From Ignavibacteriota bacterium (GTDB taxonomy: Bacteria > Bacteroidota > Ignavibacteria > UBA10030), in contig OY969585.1 in NCBI GenBank assembly GCA_963701295.1, positions 1,568,001-1,632,000 on the forward strand: a stretch of 64,000 bases of DNA, written 5' to 3'. Numbering within the stretch: the stretch's first letter is position 1; every line of letters starts with the position of its first letter. Below are positions 42,851-52,429 of the stretch, in pieces. Made by a program: the position numbers and the translations under genes. The notes beneath the pieces are model-generated. The model had not been told where the DNA came from and made no database searches. It saw nothing but the letters and a program-made list of their open reading frames with translations.

Positions 42851-43861
42851 CTAATTGCCAAGTATCAGCTTCGTCGCAGCTTCTAAAACCTGACGTACTG
42901 AAATTTGGTCCATACAATCGTTTCCTTGGCATTCACCGCCATTACAGCGCGGACAACGTACCGGATCGGGAATAAAGATCGCCTTTTTGTCGGTCAATGG
43001 TCCCCAGCGTTTTGGACTCATTACACGCACAGGTGGATAGAATCCGATCACCGGAGTTCCGACTGCAGCAGCCATGTGCAATGGACCAGTGGAGTTTGCC
43101 ACAAACAATTTCGCTGTCTGGATGAATGCTGCAAACTCTTTCAAGTTCAATGTGCTGATAAAAGGTTCCACACCATTTTCTGCTTCATGTGCAACACGAT
43201 GTACAAGCGCTTCTTCTGTCTTCCCACCCGTAATCACAACCCGATAACCGAGCTTTGTTAATTCAACGGCGAGTTGAGCAAAGCGTTCCGGTTTCCAATC
43301 TCGTGCTGAGTTGCCGCTTCCTGGATGCAACAATACTAAGCGGTCGGTGTCCAAAATTCCTAGCGATTGAAGAATATCAGAAGCTGTTTTTTTCTCCTTT
43401 TGGGAGATAATAATCTTTGCTTTAAGCTTCGATGATACCGTGCGTCCCAAACCTTTCAAGAGTGCGAGATTGTATTCTGCTTCGTGCTTCTCTGCAGTCT
43501 TACGGTGTTCGTAAATTTTTTTGTTGAAAAGGAACGAATACCATCGATAACCAGTTCCAACGCGTACCGGAATTCCCGCAAGCCACAAGAGTAAAGATAT
43601 CCGTAAACGTGGAGATGCTATCAATACTACAGCGAAATGTGCATTTCGAATTTCCCTCAGCATCTCAAAGAACGATTTTGGCTTTCCATCTCTACTATAG
43701 AGAAGAGTATCTGCGATACCCTCAACTAACGCGCTGGTGTAGCTGCTTATTAACATCGTCACACGTGCGTTCGGGAAGTTTGATTTAAGCGCTTCGACCA
43801 TCGGAAGTGTGAGAATTACGTCTCCAATACGGTCTGTCCGAACGACTAAAATGTTTTGCAA
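42851..43861 (-). CDS. glycosyltransferase family 9 (heptosyltransferase-like)
   Basis: RTDRIGDVILT, HPGS...W, NSTGPLHMAAA, RWGP. Confidence 0.93.
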   Translation of the reverse strand: MQNILVVRTDRIGDVILTLPMVEALKSNFPNARVTMLISSYTSALVEGIADTLLYSRDGKPKSFFEMLREIRNAHFAVVLIASPRLRISLLLWLAGIPVRVGTGYRWYSFLFNKKIYEHRKTAEKHEAEYNLALLKGLGRTVSSKLKAKIIISQKEKKTASDILQSLGILDTDRLVLLHPGSGNSARDWKPERFAQLAVELTKLGYRVVITGGKTEEALVHRVAHEAENGVEPFISTLNLKEFAAFIQTAKLFVANSTGPLHMAAAVGTPVIGFYPPVRVMSPKRWGPLTDKKAIFIPDPVRCPRCNGGECQGNDCMDQISVRQVLEAATKLILGN

Positions 43862-44105
43862 ACGATATTATTCCACTCCAACTATTGTCAAATCGTGGCT
43901 CAATATACACAGAGGTGGTGGGAGATGCAAGGTAAGCGGAATGAAGAGCTTGAGTCCAAAAAACAACATCTTGGATATCAAAGCCGTATTTCTATCCAAT
44001 CGGCTTTTTCTCGAAGTCTTTGCATTGAAGATTGGTTAGCTCTGCTCCATTTGATGTAATAGAGTAATCTGGATTGGAGAACATTGAAGCATGAATGAGG
44101 AAAGT

Positions 44106-45326
44106 TTATTTATAATAAGGACCAAGTTCCTTGAGTATCTTAGCTAGAAGTTCAGTGGAATCGACAAGGCCGTTGTGACTGTAAACAATCTTTCCGTTGG
44201 GTGCAATGAAAACTGTGTGCGGCAGCGGACCAGGCCAAGAGGGATCAAGAGTTTGTATCAAGGTGTCGATATTAGCGCCTGTGAAGAGGTAGTTGTTGGT
44301 TTTCCGCCCTTCAGTTTTAAGCGAACTCTCCAGGCGATTGGGAAGAGAAACATGCTGTTTCTCAAGAAAACTCTGGACTTTCGGTTGTTCCTTCGGGTCG
44401 TTTAAGCTAATAGTAATAAGCTCGAAGTCACGGTCGCTAAGACGACGGGAAATCGATACCAAACCGGGAAACTCCTTTACACACGGACCACACCATGTTG
44501 CCCAAACATTAAAAAGCCGATATTTTAAAGTTTTGTTGTGAACGAGGTTGTTAACACCGGCTAAGTCGATTGTATCCAAAGTGACGGGTGCGTTTTTCCA
44601 TTCCTCTGTTACCCGGGCAATTTCTTCCTTTTTCGTATTCCACTTGGTGGAGCAGCCCATCGGCTTTGTCATCTCGAGCGGTACAAGACGGCCTGTAAGC
44701 ATCGCTTGGACTGCATTGCGCGTATCAGGGGAAGTGACTGTGGAAGTATTGGCGAAACGCGAATCATCAAATCGACCCGCGTAACGCAAGTGCCGCTGCT
44801 GGTCAAAAAGAAAAACGTGTGGCGTGGCAAGACATCCGTAGGCTTTGGCAGTGATCTGTGTATCGCCGTCGTAGAGATACGGAAAGGTAAATCCTGATTC
44901 CTTGGCATAAAGTTTCATCTCATCATAACTGTCGCTGTATTTACTGTACCCAAGTTCCCAGATAGCAACACCTTCTGGGCTGTTGGGATTAATAGCGACG
45001 ACCTCAAGACCTTTCCCCTTGAATTCGGCGGCCAGAGGGAGCAAGCGTGTCTCAGCTGCATGGGAAAACGGGCAGTGGTTCGATAAGAAAACCACCATCA
45101 AAACAGGTGCGGTCTTAAAATCAGCCAAGCTGTAGGTTTTGCCATCAATCCCGAGCAACGAGAAATCTGGTGCGGAATCGCCAATCTTGAGGTGGCGAAT
45201 ATCAGGCGGCAATCCATTCTCGAAGTAATCTTTCACTTTGCTTTGCTTTGTGTCTTGAGCGGATAGTAGCCCGCAGGTGAATAAAACGACGACACCAAGA
45301 TAAAGCATGGATGAGATGTGTTTCAT
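44106..45326 (-). CDS. exported tandem redoxin/thioredoxin-domain protein
   Basis: Signal peptide; first domain SNHCPF...FPYLYD...TPH...GRFDD...GCSTKW; second domain WATWCGPC. Confidence 0.88.
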   Translation of the reverse strand: MKHISSMLYLGVVVLFTCGLLSAQDTKQSKVKDYFENGLPPDIRHLKIGDSAPDFSLLGIDGKTYSLADFKTAPVLMVVFLSNHCPFSHAAETRLLPLAAEFKGKGLEVVAINPNSPEGVAIWELGYSKYSDSYDEMKLYAKESGFTFPYLYDGDTQITAKAYGCLATPHVFLFDQQRHLRYAGRFDDSRFANTSTVTSPDTRNAVQAMLTGRLVPLEMTKPMGCSTKWNTKKEEIARVTEEWKNAPVTLDTIDLAGVNNLVHNKTLKYRLFNVWATWCGPCVKEFPGLVSISRRLSDRDFELITISLNDPKEQPKVQSFLEKQHVSLPNRLESSLKTEGRKTNNYLFTGANIDTLIQTLDPSWPGPLPHTVFIAPNGKIVYSHNGLVDSTELLAKILKELGPYYK

Positions 45327-45553
45327 AGATATAGATCTTTCATGGTTGTATTTTTGACCGATAGTTATTGGAATGAATCGTTCCTTCCTAATTTATTCAG
45401 ATTGGCACAAAACATAACAACGATTGAACTTTTTTTTCTGAAGAACAGACGGTGTCGAACACTTATGTCATAATCTATTGCTAATAATAGCGAACTTAAG
45501 AAATAAACACAAGAAATTGCAAAACGAATATCCCACCATTCTTTGCTCTTCCG

Positions 45554-45582
45554 TTGACTCCTAAAAAAACCTTTCCGATATT
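45554..45582 (+). promoter_or_regulatory. putative sigma70 promoter of the arginine operon
   Basis: TTGACT -35 and GATATT -10-like hexamer at 17-nt spacing. Confidence 0.35.
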
Positions 45583-45695
45583 AGCCCCACGAAACTTTAC
45601 AAATGTTGCTCAAAACTTCGTGCTTTGAGAATTGCCCAGCTGTTCACACCGACATGAACGGCGGCAGTATTCATATAAAATATTGAGGAGTTCCT

Positions 45696-47027
45696 ATGAG
45701 GCACACCAAAGTGATCATCATGGGCGCAGCGGGACGGGATTTCCATAATTTCAATACTGTTTTCCGCATGGACGACCGCTATGAAGTCGTCGCGTTTACT
45801 GCAACACAAATTCCAAACATTGAAGAGCGTAAGTATCCTGCTGAACTGGCAGGAAAGTTTTATCCAAATGGCATTCCAATCTTTCCAGAATCGGATCTGC
45901 CGCGCCTTATTAAAGAACTGAGTGCAGATGAGGTTGTTTTCGCGTACTCAGATGTTTCATTTAACTACGTGATGAGCAAAGCAGCACTCGTAATGGCCTG
46001 TGGTGCTGATTTTAAATTGCAGGGTGCGCATCCAACGATGCTCAAGAGCAAAGTACCGGTCATCGCTGTGGTCGCAGTGCGTACGGGATCTGGCAAGAGT
46101 CAGACTTCGCGCAAGGTATGTCAATTACTCCGCGCAGCCGGAAAAAAAGTTGTTGCGATCCGTCATCCAATGCCGTACGGCGATCTGGTAAAGCAAAAAG
46201 TTCAACGGTATTCTTCTCTCGAAGACCTGCAAAAGTATGAATGTACTGTTGAAGAGATGGAAGAATATGAACCTCACATCGTCAACGGAACGATCATCTA
46301 CGCCGGAGTTGATTATGAAGTGATCCTTCACGCGGCAGAGAAGGAAGCCGACGTGATCGTGTGGGACGGCGGAAACAATGATATGTCATTCTATCAACCC
46401 GATCTTACCATCGTGGTAGCAGATCCGCACCGTCCGGGACATGAGATATCGTACTATCCCGGTGCAGTTAACATTCATCTCGCCGATGTTGTTGTTATTA
46501 ATAAAATAGATACAGCCTCGCGCGAAAATATCGACATTGTGCGGAAAAATATCGTCAGCACAAACCCGAAAGCAATCATTATTGAAGCGGCATCGCCCAT
46601 TACAGTAGAAGATGAAACCGTTATCCGCAATAAGCGCGTACTCGTGGTGGAAGATGGGCCCACATTGACCCACGGCGAGATGACGTATGGCGCCGGTATG
46701 GTTGCAGCTCGAAAATATGGTGCAAAGGAAATCATCGATCCGAGACCATGGGTCGTTAATTCTATTGCAGAAACATTCAAGAAATATCCGCATATTGGAA
46801 CATTGTTGCCGGCAATGGGATACGGTGGAAAACAGATCACGGATCTCGAGACGACAATCAATACAGTCGAATGCGACTCAGTCATCATCGGCACACCGAT
46901 CGACCTACGTCGTATTATTAAGATTAACAAACCAAGTACGCGTGTGCGATATGATTTGGATGAAATCGCAAAACCGGACTTGAATGAAATCTTGAACAAT
47001 TTTATGAGAAAACATGGATTGAAATAA
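45696..47027 (+). CDS. arcE: cyclic 2,3-diphosphoglycerate synthetase-like P-loop protein; probable arginine synthetase (ArcE-like)
   Basis: MGAAGRDFHNFN, AFTATQIP, AVRTGSGKSQ, RHPMPYG, EEYEPH, WDGGNND, EDGPTLTHG, PAMGY. Directly upstream of OTCase and carbamate kinase; the symbol rests on family recognition plus context. Confidence 0.75.
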   Translation: MRHTKVIIMGAAGRDFHNFNTVFRMDDRYEVVAFTATQIPNIEERKYPAELAGKFYPNGIPIFPESDLPRLIKELSADEVVFAYSDVSFNYVMSKAALVMACGADFKLQGAHPTMLKSKVPVIAVVAVRTGSGKSQTSRKVCQLLRAAGKKVVAIRHPMPYGDLVKQKVQRYSSLEDLQKYECTVEEMEEYEPHIVNGTIIYAGVDYEVILHAAEKEADVIVWDGGNNDMSFYQPDLTIVVADPHRPGHEISYYPGAVNIHLADVVVINKIDTASRENIDIVRKNIVSTNPKAIIIEAASPITVEDETVIRNKRVLVVEDGPTLTHGEMTYGAGMVAARKYGAKEIIDPRPWVVNSIAETFKKYPHIGTLLPAMGYGGKQITDLETTINTVECDSVIIGTPIDLRRIIKINKPSTRVRYDLDEIAKPDLNEILNNFMRKHGLK

Positions 47028-47035
47028 CATTATGT

Positions 47036-47063
47036 GTAGGGATACGCCATGTTGTGTCCCTGC
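47036..47063 (+). repeat. degenerate GTAG-type REP palindrome
   Basis: GTAGGGATACGCCATGTTGTGTCCCTGC forms an imperfect hairpin inside the operon spacer. Confidence 0.55.
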
Positions 47064-47079
47064 CAAGGAGAAAAAAACC

Positions 47080-48093
47080 ATGAAACGAGATTTCCTCGGT
47101 ATTGCAAATTGGTCAACGAAGGAATTAACACAAATCCTCGACCTTTCAAAAAAAATGAAAGCAAATCCAAAACAGTTTGCCAAATCTTTAGAAGGTAAAT
47201 CGGTGGCGCTGATTTTTGAAAAGCAGTCGCTCCGCACGCATGTGACATTTGAGATCGGCATGAAACAATTGGGTGCTAACACGGTATATCTTACCAATGC
47301 CGATATCAGTCTGGGCAAACGTGAATCCATCTATGATGTTGCAAAAAATCTCGAACGTTGGGTTGATGCAATTATCATCCGAACGTTTGCCCAGAAGAAT
47401 ATCGACGATCTTGCAAAGTTTACTAAGATTCCCATTATCAATGCTCTGACAGACTTCGAACATCCGTGTCAAGCAGTCGGTGATTTCCTTACCATTCAAG
47501 AACACCTCGGCTCTTTTAAGGGAAAGAAACTCGCATGGGTTGGTGATGGGAATAACGTCTGTCACTCGCTTATGCTCATGGCAGCAAAAGTGGGAATGGA
47601 CTTTATTGCGATTACTCCTGCAGGTTTACAGCCTCATTATACGGTGGTAGAACGTGCTATGGAGATCGCTGCAACCACCGGAGCAAAGATCGAACTCTCG
47701 TGCAATCCATCGGAAGGCGTACATGATGCTGATGTTATTTACACAGACGTATGGGTCAGTATGGGTCAAGAGGCAGCTTTCGATACGAAGATGAAGGCGT
47801 TTGCAGGATTTCAAATTGATGCCGAGTTAATGAAACAGGCAAAACCCACAGCCATCTTTATGCACTGCCTGCCGGCACACCGCGGAGAGGAAGTAACAGA
47901 TGAAGTGATGGACTCATCTCAGTCCGTAGTATTTGATGAAGCAGAAAACCGGCTTCACACACAGAAAGCAATTCTGTATACGCTGTTGAAAGATAAGGGA
48001 CGTGAAAAACTCCATACTCGTCGCAGTCGGCGGAAACTCGCTCATCCGAGCCGGACAGCGCGGAACAATCGCCGAACAGTTCGTAAACGCTAG
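47080..48093 (+). CDS. argF: ornithine carbamoyltransferase
   Basis: FEKQSLRT, LGKRES, HPCQ, GDGNNV, DVWVSMGQE, HCLPAHRG, AENR; AAGGAG RBS before ATG 47080. A catabolic arcB role is possible. Confidence 0.95.
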   Translation: MKRDFLGIANWSTKELTQILDLSKKMKANPKQFAKSLEGKSVALIFEKQSLRTHVTFEIGMKQLGANTVYLTNADISLGKRESIYDVAKNLERWVDAIIIRTFAQKNIDDLAKFTKIPIINALTDFEHPCQAVGDFLTIQEHLGSFKGKKLAWVGDGNNVCHSLMLMAAKVGMDFIAITPAGLQPHYTVVERAMEIAATTGAKIELSCNPSEGVHDADVIYTDVWVSMGQEAAFDTKMKAFAGFQIDAELMKQAKPTAIFMHCLPAHRGEEVTDEVMDSSQSVVFDEAENRLHTQKAILYTLLKDKGREKLHTRRSRRKLAHPSRTARNNRRTVRKR

Positions 48094-48940
48094 ACTTACC
48101 GCTAAAAGTCTTGCAGGTATTGTTGCGCAGGGCTATGCGCTGATCATAACACATGGTAATGGTCCGCAGGTTGGTGCACAATTGTTACGTTCGGAGGCTG
48201 GCTCATCGCAGACGTACACACTTCCACTTGATGTATGTGTCGCCATGACGCAAGGTGAAATCGGTTTTATGCTGCAAAATTCCATGCAAACGGTACTCCA
48301 CAAACAAGGGATCAAACGTTCTGTTGTTACCGTTGTCACACAAGTCATTGTAGATAAAAACGACCCTGCATTTCAACGTCCGACAAAACCGATCGGTCCG
48401 TTTTATTCCAAAGAAGTTGCAGAACGAAAGAGAAGGGAATTAAGCTGGAGTATCATTGAAGACGCCGCTCGTGGTTATCGCCGTGTTGTTCCCTCTCCTC
48501 TACCACAAGATATCATTGAACTGGATGTAATAAAGGATTGTCTGGAACATAATAATGTCATCATAGCTGTAGGCGGCGGTGGAATTCCCGTGATACTTGA
48601 AAATGGTGAAGTCAAAGGCGTTGAAGCAGTGATTGATAAAGATCGTGCATCTGCATTGCTCGCCTCAAAATTAGGTATTGAGCATCTCATAATCTCGACA
48701 GAAGTGCCCGAGGTCTATATCAATTATAAGAAATTCGACCAGCAGGCGCTTCGAATCAGCACGGTCGCAGAAGCAAAAAGACATCTTGCTGATAGACAAT
48801 TTAGTGAAGGCAGTATGAAACCAAAGATTGAAGCTGCACTTGATTTTCTTTCGGCTGGCGGGCAACTTGTGACCATTACTGATCCCGGACATCTCCTCGG
48901 TGCGTTGGAAGGCAAAGCGGGAACGAGGATAACGTTATGA
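48002..48940 (+). CDS. arcC: carbamate kinase
   Basis: VAVGGNSL, THGNGPQVG, PTKPIGPFY, RRVVPSP, GGGGIPV, EAVIDKD, GSMKPK, GTRI. Confidence 0.97.
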   Translation: MKNSILVAVGGNSLIRAGQRGTIAEQFVNARLTAKSLAGIVAQGYALIITHGNGPQVGAQLLRSEAGSSQTYTLPLDVCVAMTQGEIGFMLQNSMQTVLHKQGIKRSVVTVVTQVIVDKNDPAFQRPTKPIGPFYSKEVAERKRRELSWSIIEDAARGYRRVVPSPLPQDIIELDVIKDCLEHNNVIIAVGGGGIPVILENGEVKGVEAVIDKDRASALLASKLGIEHLIISTEVPEVYINYKKFDQQALRISTVAEAKRHLADRQFSEGSMKPKIEAALDFLSAGGQLVTITDPGHLLGALEGKAGTRITL

Positions 48941-49176
48941 ATTTCAAATGGCAGATGACAATATGAATTGCATTTGTTCTACAATAATAGCCCTACCTGC
49001 TGAATTGCTTATGCTCTTTTGAACACTACAAAAATGGAAAGAATTCCACTGGGGATTCAAGATTATCAAAGACAATAAAATCGAAAGACAACACCTTTCT
49101 CTTAGGTTGTCATGCCGGGGAACGAAGCGTATATTTAAGTATTTATTTGTTGTGGAGCATAGAGCTTTAACGATAT

Positions 49177-50458
49177 ATGAAGAAACTGATTCCAGGACAG
49201 AATATCCGCATAAACATTGATCCATTTGCTTCTTTTCGATTCCCCGAATTTCGTTATCTCGTAGCCGCTTCATTTTTATTGACAATGGCATTGATGATTC
49301 AAGAAGTTGCCATTGGCTACGAACTGTACCGCATTACTCACGACCCGATGGCGCTGGGACTCATCGGACTTGTCGAAGCAATACCGTTCATTTCATTTAC
49401 GCTCTATGGCGGCCATGTTGCGGATCGTAGCAGCAAGCGGAAGGTGTTAATGTGGAGTGTCGGTGGAATCGCTCTCAGTTCGGCGATGCTTCAATTTTTT
49501 ACTCGGCAGCAGGATCAGATTCACCAGCCGGTACTGTTGGTTGCTATCTATGGATCAATATTTGTCATTGGATTATGCCGTGCATTTCTATCGCCGACAG
49601 CAACGTCGTTGCGCGGGATTCTTGTTCCACCTGCTTTGTTCGAAAATGCCGCAACATGGGGAAGTTCTTCATGGCAAGTTGGCGCCATTCTTGGTCCAGC
49701 TGCCGCCGGATTTCTCTATGCTTGGATCGGTTTTGCCAACACTTTACTGGTTGTCACACTGCTTGTCGTTTCATCTTTTCTGCTTTATTCTAAAATCAAG
49801 GATCGCCCGATTGCCCAGATTGCTCGGCATGGTAGTGTTATCGCAAGTATTAAGGAAGGCATACGGTTTGTTTTCAACACAAAAATTATTCTCTATTCAA
49901 TTTCGCTCGATCTTTTTTCCATCCTCTTTGGCGGCGTGATGGCGATACTGCCAATCTATGCACAAGATATTTTAAAAGTGGGTGCAGAAGGGCTTGGGAT
50001 ACTGCGCGCTGCCCCGTCTATTGGTGCAACGCTTATGCTCATTTTGCTTTCGCGTTTCTCGCCTATGGAGCATGCCTGGAAGAACTTACTTATTGCAGTT
50101 GCAGGATTTGGTGTGTGTATTTTGACCTTTGCTGTCTCGCCTTGGATGCTGGTCTCGATAGCAGCTTTGTTCCTGAGCGGTGCATTCGATAGCATTAGTG
50201 TGGTTATCCGAGCGACCATTCTCCAAGTGATGACTCCCAATGAAATGCGTGCACGTGTGATGGCCGTGAATGGAATCTTCCTCGCCTCGTCAAATGAAGT
50301 TGGTGCATTTGAATCCGGTACAGCAGCAAAACTATTCGGGACAGTACTATCAGTTACTTTTTGGCGGCACAATGACACTGCTCATCGTCAGCTGGGTATA
50401 TTTTAGAACCGGCGATCTGTTGAAGGCAAAAGTAAGAGGTCATGCCACTTCCAAGTAA
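49177..50458 (+). CDS. MFS transporter (H+ antiporter-3/EntS-like) with a +1 frameshift near 50355 before the last TM helix
   Basis: GHVADR motif A, SLDLFSILFGG, SSNEVGAFESG. The expected final helix LFGGTMTLLIVSWVYF lies in another frame, ending at 50458. Confidence 0.8.
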
Positions 50459-50584
50459 AGATTTAAATCAATGAATCTGCGCCATTCCGTAATTGATTAT
50501 TTCAACATCCGGTGTAAGGATGTTCACCACTTATTGGAATGACGTTGAGTGTGGAATATAGATTGTTCAGCGTAATTGGTAAGA

Positions 50585-50638
50585 AATCAGTGATTTATTT
50601 AGGGTAGTAATTTATATTTCCTTTGGCACAAATATTGG
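50585..50638 (+). promoter_or_regulatory. putative sigma54 promoter (TGGCAC-N5-TTGG) with upstream IHF-like site
   Basis: TGGCACAAATATTGG at 50624-50638 (-12 element GG instead of GC); AATCAGTGATTTA at 50585-50597. Confidence 0.5.
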
Positions 50639-50737
50639 GACATGATTATGGGAAAGTTCAAGAGAAAGTATTCTACGAGCATATATGCAAAAGTGCAAGT
50701 TGAGAAATCTAAATTTATTTTTTGAGGAGAAACAATC

Positions 50738-51406
50738 ATGGTAGCATTATTCGTTGTCGCCACAATCCTTCTCTGTGTTGGAATTGAACTCCTCCGAGAT
50801 CGAACCAAGCAGCGGAAAGAAGCACCATCAACTGCTCAAATAGCGGCAGATCAATTTTTTTTGCCGAAAGGATTCTTCATCAGCAAAGCCCACACATGGG
50901 TCGAGCTTACGTTTGCCGGTGAAGCACGTGTTGGTGTTGATGACTTTGCGCAAAAAGTCATCGGATCAATTGACAGAATCGAAGTTGCACCACTCAACAA
51001 GGAACTGAATAAGGGAGACACACTTTTCACTGTGGCGCAGGGCAATCGTGTGCTCTCTATTCCTGCTCCGATATCCGGAAAAATATTGGCGGTGAACGAA
51101 TCACTGCTTGCTTCCCCCAAAATGTTTCATCAAGACCCATATGTAGCTGGATGGGTTGCAGTAATCGTTCCCAAAAATATTTCAGCGGAATTGCATTTAC
51201 TCGCCATCGCCGATGATGCGGCAAAATGGTTGAAAAAAGAAGTCAACCGCTTCCGCGATTTCGTAAAAGAGCAGGCGCAAATCGGTGTGCCGGTACCCGC
51301 AGGCGCTACCATGCTGGATGGAGGCGCACCATTGAATGGAGTGCTGGGGCAGTTTAATGAAAACACATGGAATGCTTTTCAGAAAGAATTTTTGAAGACA
51401 GAATAA
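50738..51406 (+). CDS. membrane-anchored GcvH-like protein lacking the lipoyl lysine
   Basis: N-terminal TM helix; HTWV, VGVDDFAQ, APISG...VN, DPY..GW. The ESVK hairpin is replaced by AQGN. Confidence 0.85.
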   Translation: MVALFVVATILLCVGIELLRDRTKQRKEAPSTAQIAADQFFLPKGFFISKAHTWVELTFAGEARVGVDDFAQKVIGSIDRIEVAPLNKELNKGDTLFTVAQGNRVLSIPAPISGKILAVNESLLASPKMFHQDPYVAGWVAVIVPKNISAELHLLAIADDAAKWLKKEVNRFRDFVKEQAQIGVPVPAGATMLDGGAPLNGVLGQFNENTWNAFQKEFLKTE

Positions 51407-51440
51407 ATACTAATGCGCGCACTATCGAATCTTTTTACAG

Positions 51441-52262
51441 GTGAAAAATATGGAAAAGAAATCAACTCAGAGTATTATTCCTCAAGGCGAATTGCGATGT
51501 GTCTGGATGGATGCAGGGGTAACAGGATTTAAACTCTGTGATCAAAAATTCCATTGTGAGTTTTGTGAATTTAATAACACCATCCAGAAACGGCAATTAG
51601 GAACTGTAAATTCTCGTAATGAGGAAGAATCGGTGATCCTCATGGAAGGGAAAGCAATGACCACCGATACAATCTTTAGAAACACATTGAAGAATTATCT
51701 TGAAGGTTTACATGCGGTTGTGGTACCGCAGGATAGAATGTATAATCGCAGCCACTATTGGGTTCGGGAAAACGAGACAGGCAAGTATCGAATCGGAATC
51801 AATCACATCCTTGCAAATTTCTTTCAACCGATACTCAGCATTGTAATCTCAAAAGCTCCATTAATCATACGACGACATGATCCATTCTGTTGGATTATCT
51901 TACCAGGGGGTGCCATTACACTTCGCTCTCCCGTCGATGCAACTATTTGTAAGTTTAATCCGGCTTTGCAGCAAAAACCGAATTTGCTGGGTATGTCGCC
52001 GTTTGACGAAGGTTGGATTATGGAGATTACCACAAAGACAAAAGGACTCCATGGTTTTAGTTCTGCCCAAGATTCGCGGCAAAATACCGAACGAACAATA
52101 CGAAGCATTGAACATTCATTTGCACACGCTTTCCGACATGATCATCCTTCAGCAGGTACAACATTATTTGACGGCGGTATTGGTGTAAACAGCATCGAAA
52201 GCATCCTCGGACCTAAGGTTTACACAGAGGTTGTGAATCGAATAGTGCATTTCCCTCATTAA
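51441..52262 (+). CDS. GcvH-like protein with N-terminal Cys4 domain, lacking the lipoyl lysine
   Basis: CVWM...KLCDQKFHCEFC, then SHYWV, RIGI, LRSPV, PFDEGWI. The hairpin reads LPGG. Confidence 0.8.
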   Translation: MKNMEKKSTQSIIPQGELRCVWMDAGVTGFKLCDQKFHCEFCEFNNTIQKRQLGTVNSRNEEESVILMEGKAMTTDTIFRNTLKNYLEGLHAVVVPQDRMYNRSHYWVRENETGKYRIGINHILANFFQPILSIVISKAPLIIRRHDPFCWIILPGGAITLRSPVDATICKFNPALQQKPNLLGMSPFDEGWIMEITTKTKGLHGFSSAQDSRQNTERTIRSIEHSFAHAFRHDHPSAGTTLFDGGIGVNSIESILGPKVYTEVVNRIVHFPH

Positions 52263-52283
52263 CTTCAAATAATCTCTATTTCT

Positions 52284-52323
52284 AGCCTTTCCTATTACTT
52301 TTTTGGGAGAGGCTTTCTTTTTA
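52284..52323 (+). terminator. terminator-like hairpin after the GcvH-like pair
   Basis: AGCCTTTCCT/GGGAGAGGCT stem (with G-U pairs) followed by TTCTTTTT. Confidence 0.5.
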
Positions 52324-52381
52324 TTGAGACTTTAAGCCATTTTCACCACAGATTGTTGAGTTTATCAACTCTATTTGTTAT

Positions 52382-52396
52382 TGGCACAAATCTAGC
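52382..52396 (+). promoter_or_regulatory. putative sigma54 -24/-12 promoter
   Basis: TGGCACAAATCTAGC has GG-N10-GC spacing and lies upstream of the kinase gene. Confidence 0.55.
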
Positions 52397-52429
52397 CAAA
52401 AAACTGTATATTAATTCAACTTGAACACT

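Noticed and set aside
45402-45418. TTGGCACAAAA resembling the sigma54 motifs at 50623 and 52381
   Set aside because: No -12 GC element at the required spacing.
48944-49291. 115-aa minus-strand ORF between arcC and the MFS gene
   Set aside because: It overlaps the MFS start on the opposite strand and has no recognisable features.
50738-52262. Calling these genes gcvH of a glycine cleavage system
   Set aside because: The lipoyl Lys is absent, extra domains are present and no gcvT/gcvP is nearby.
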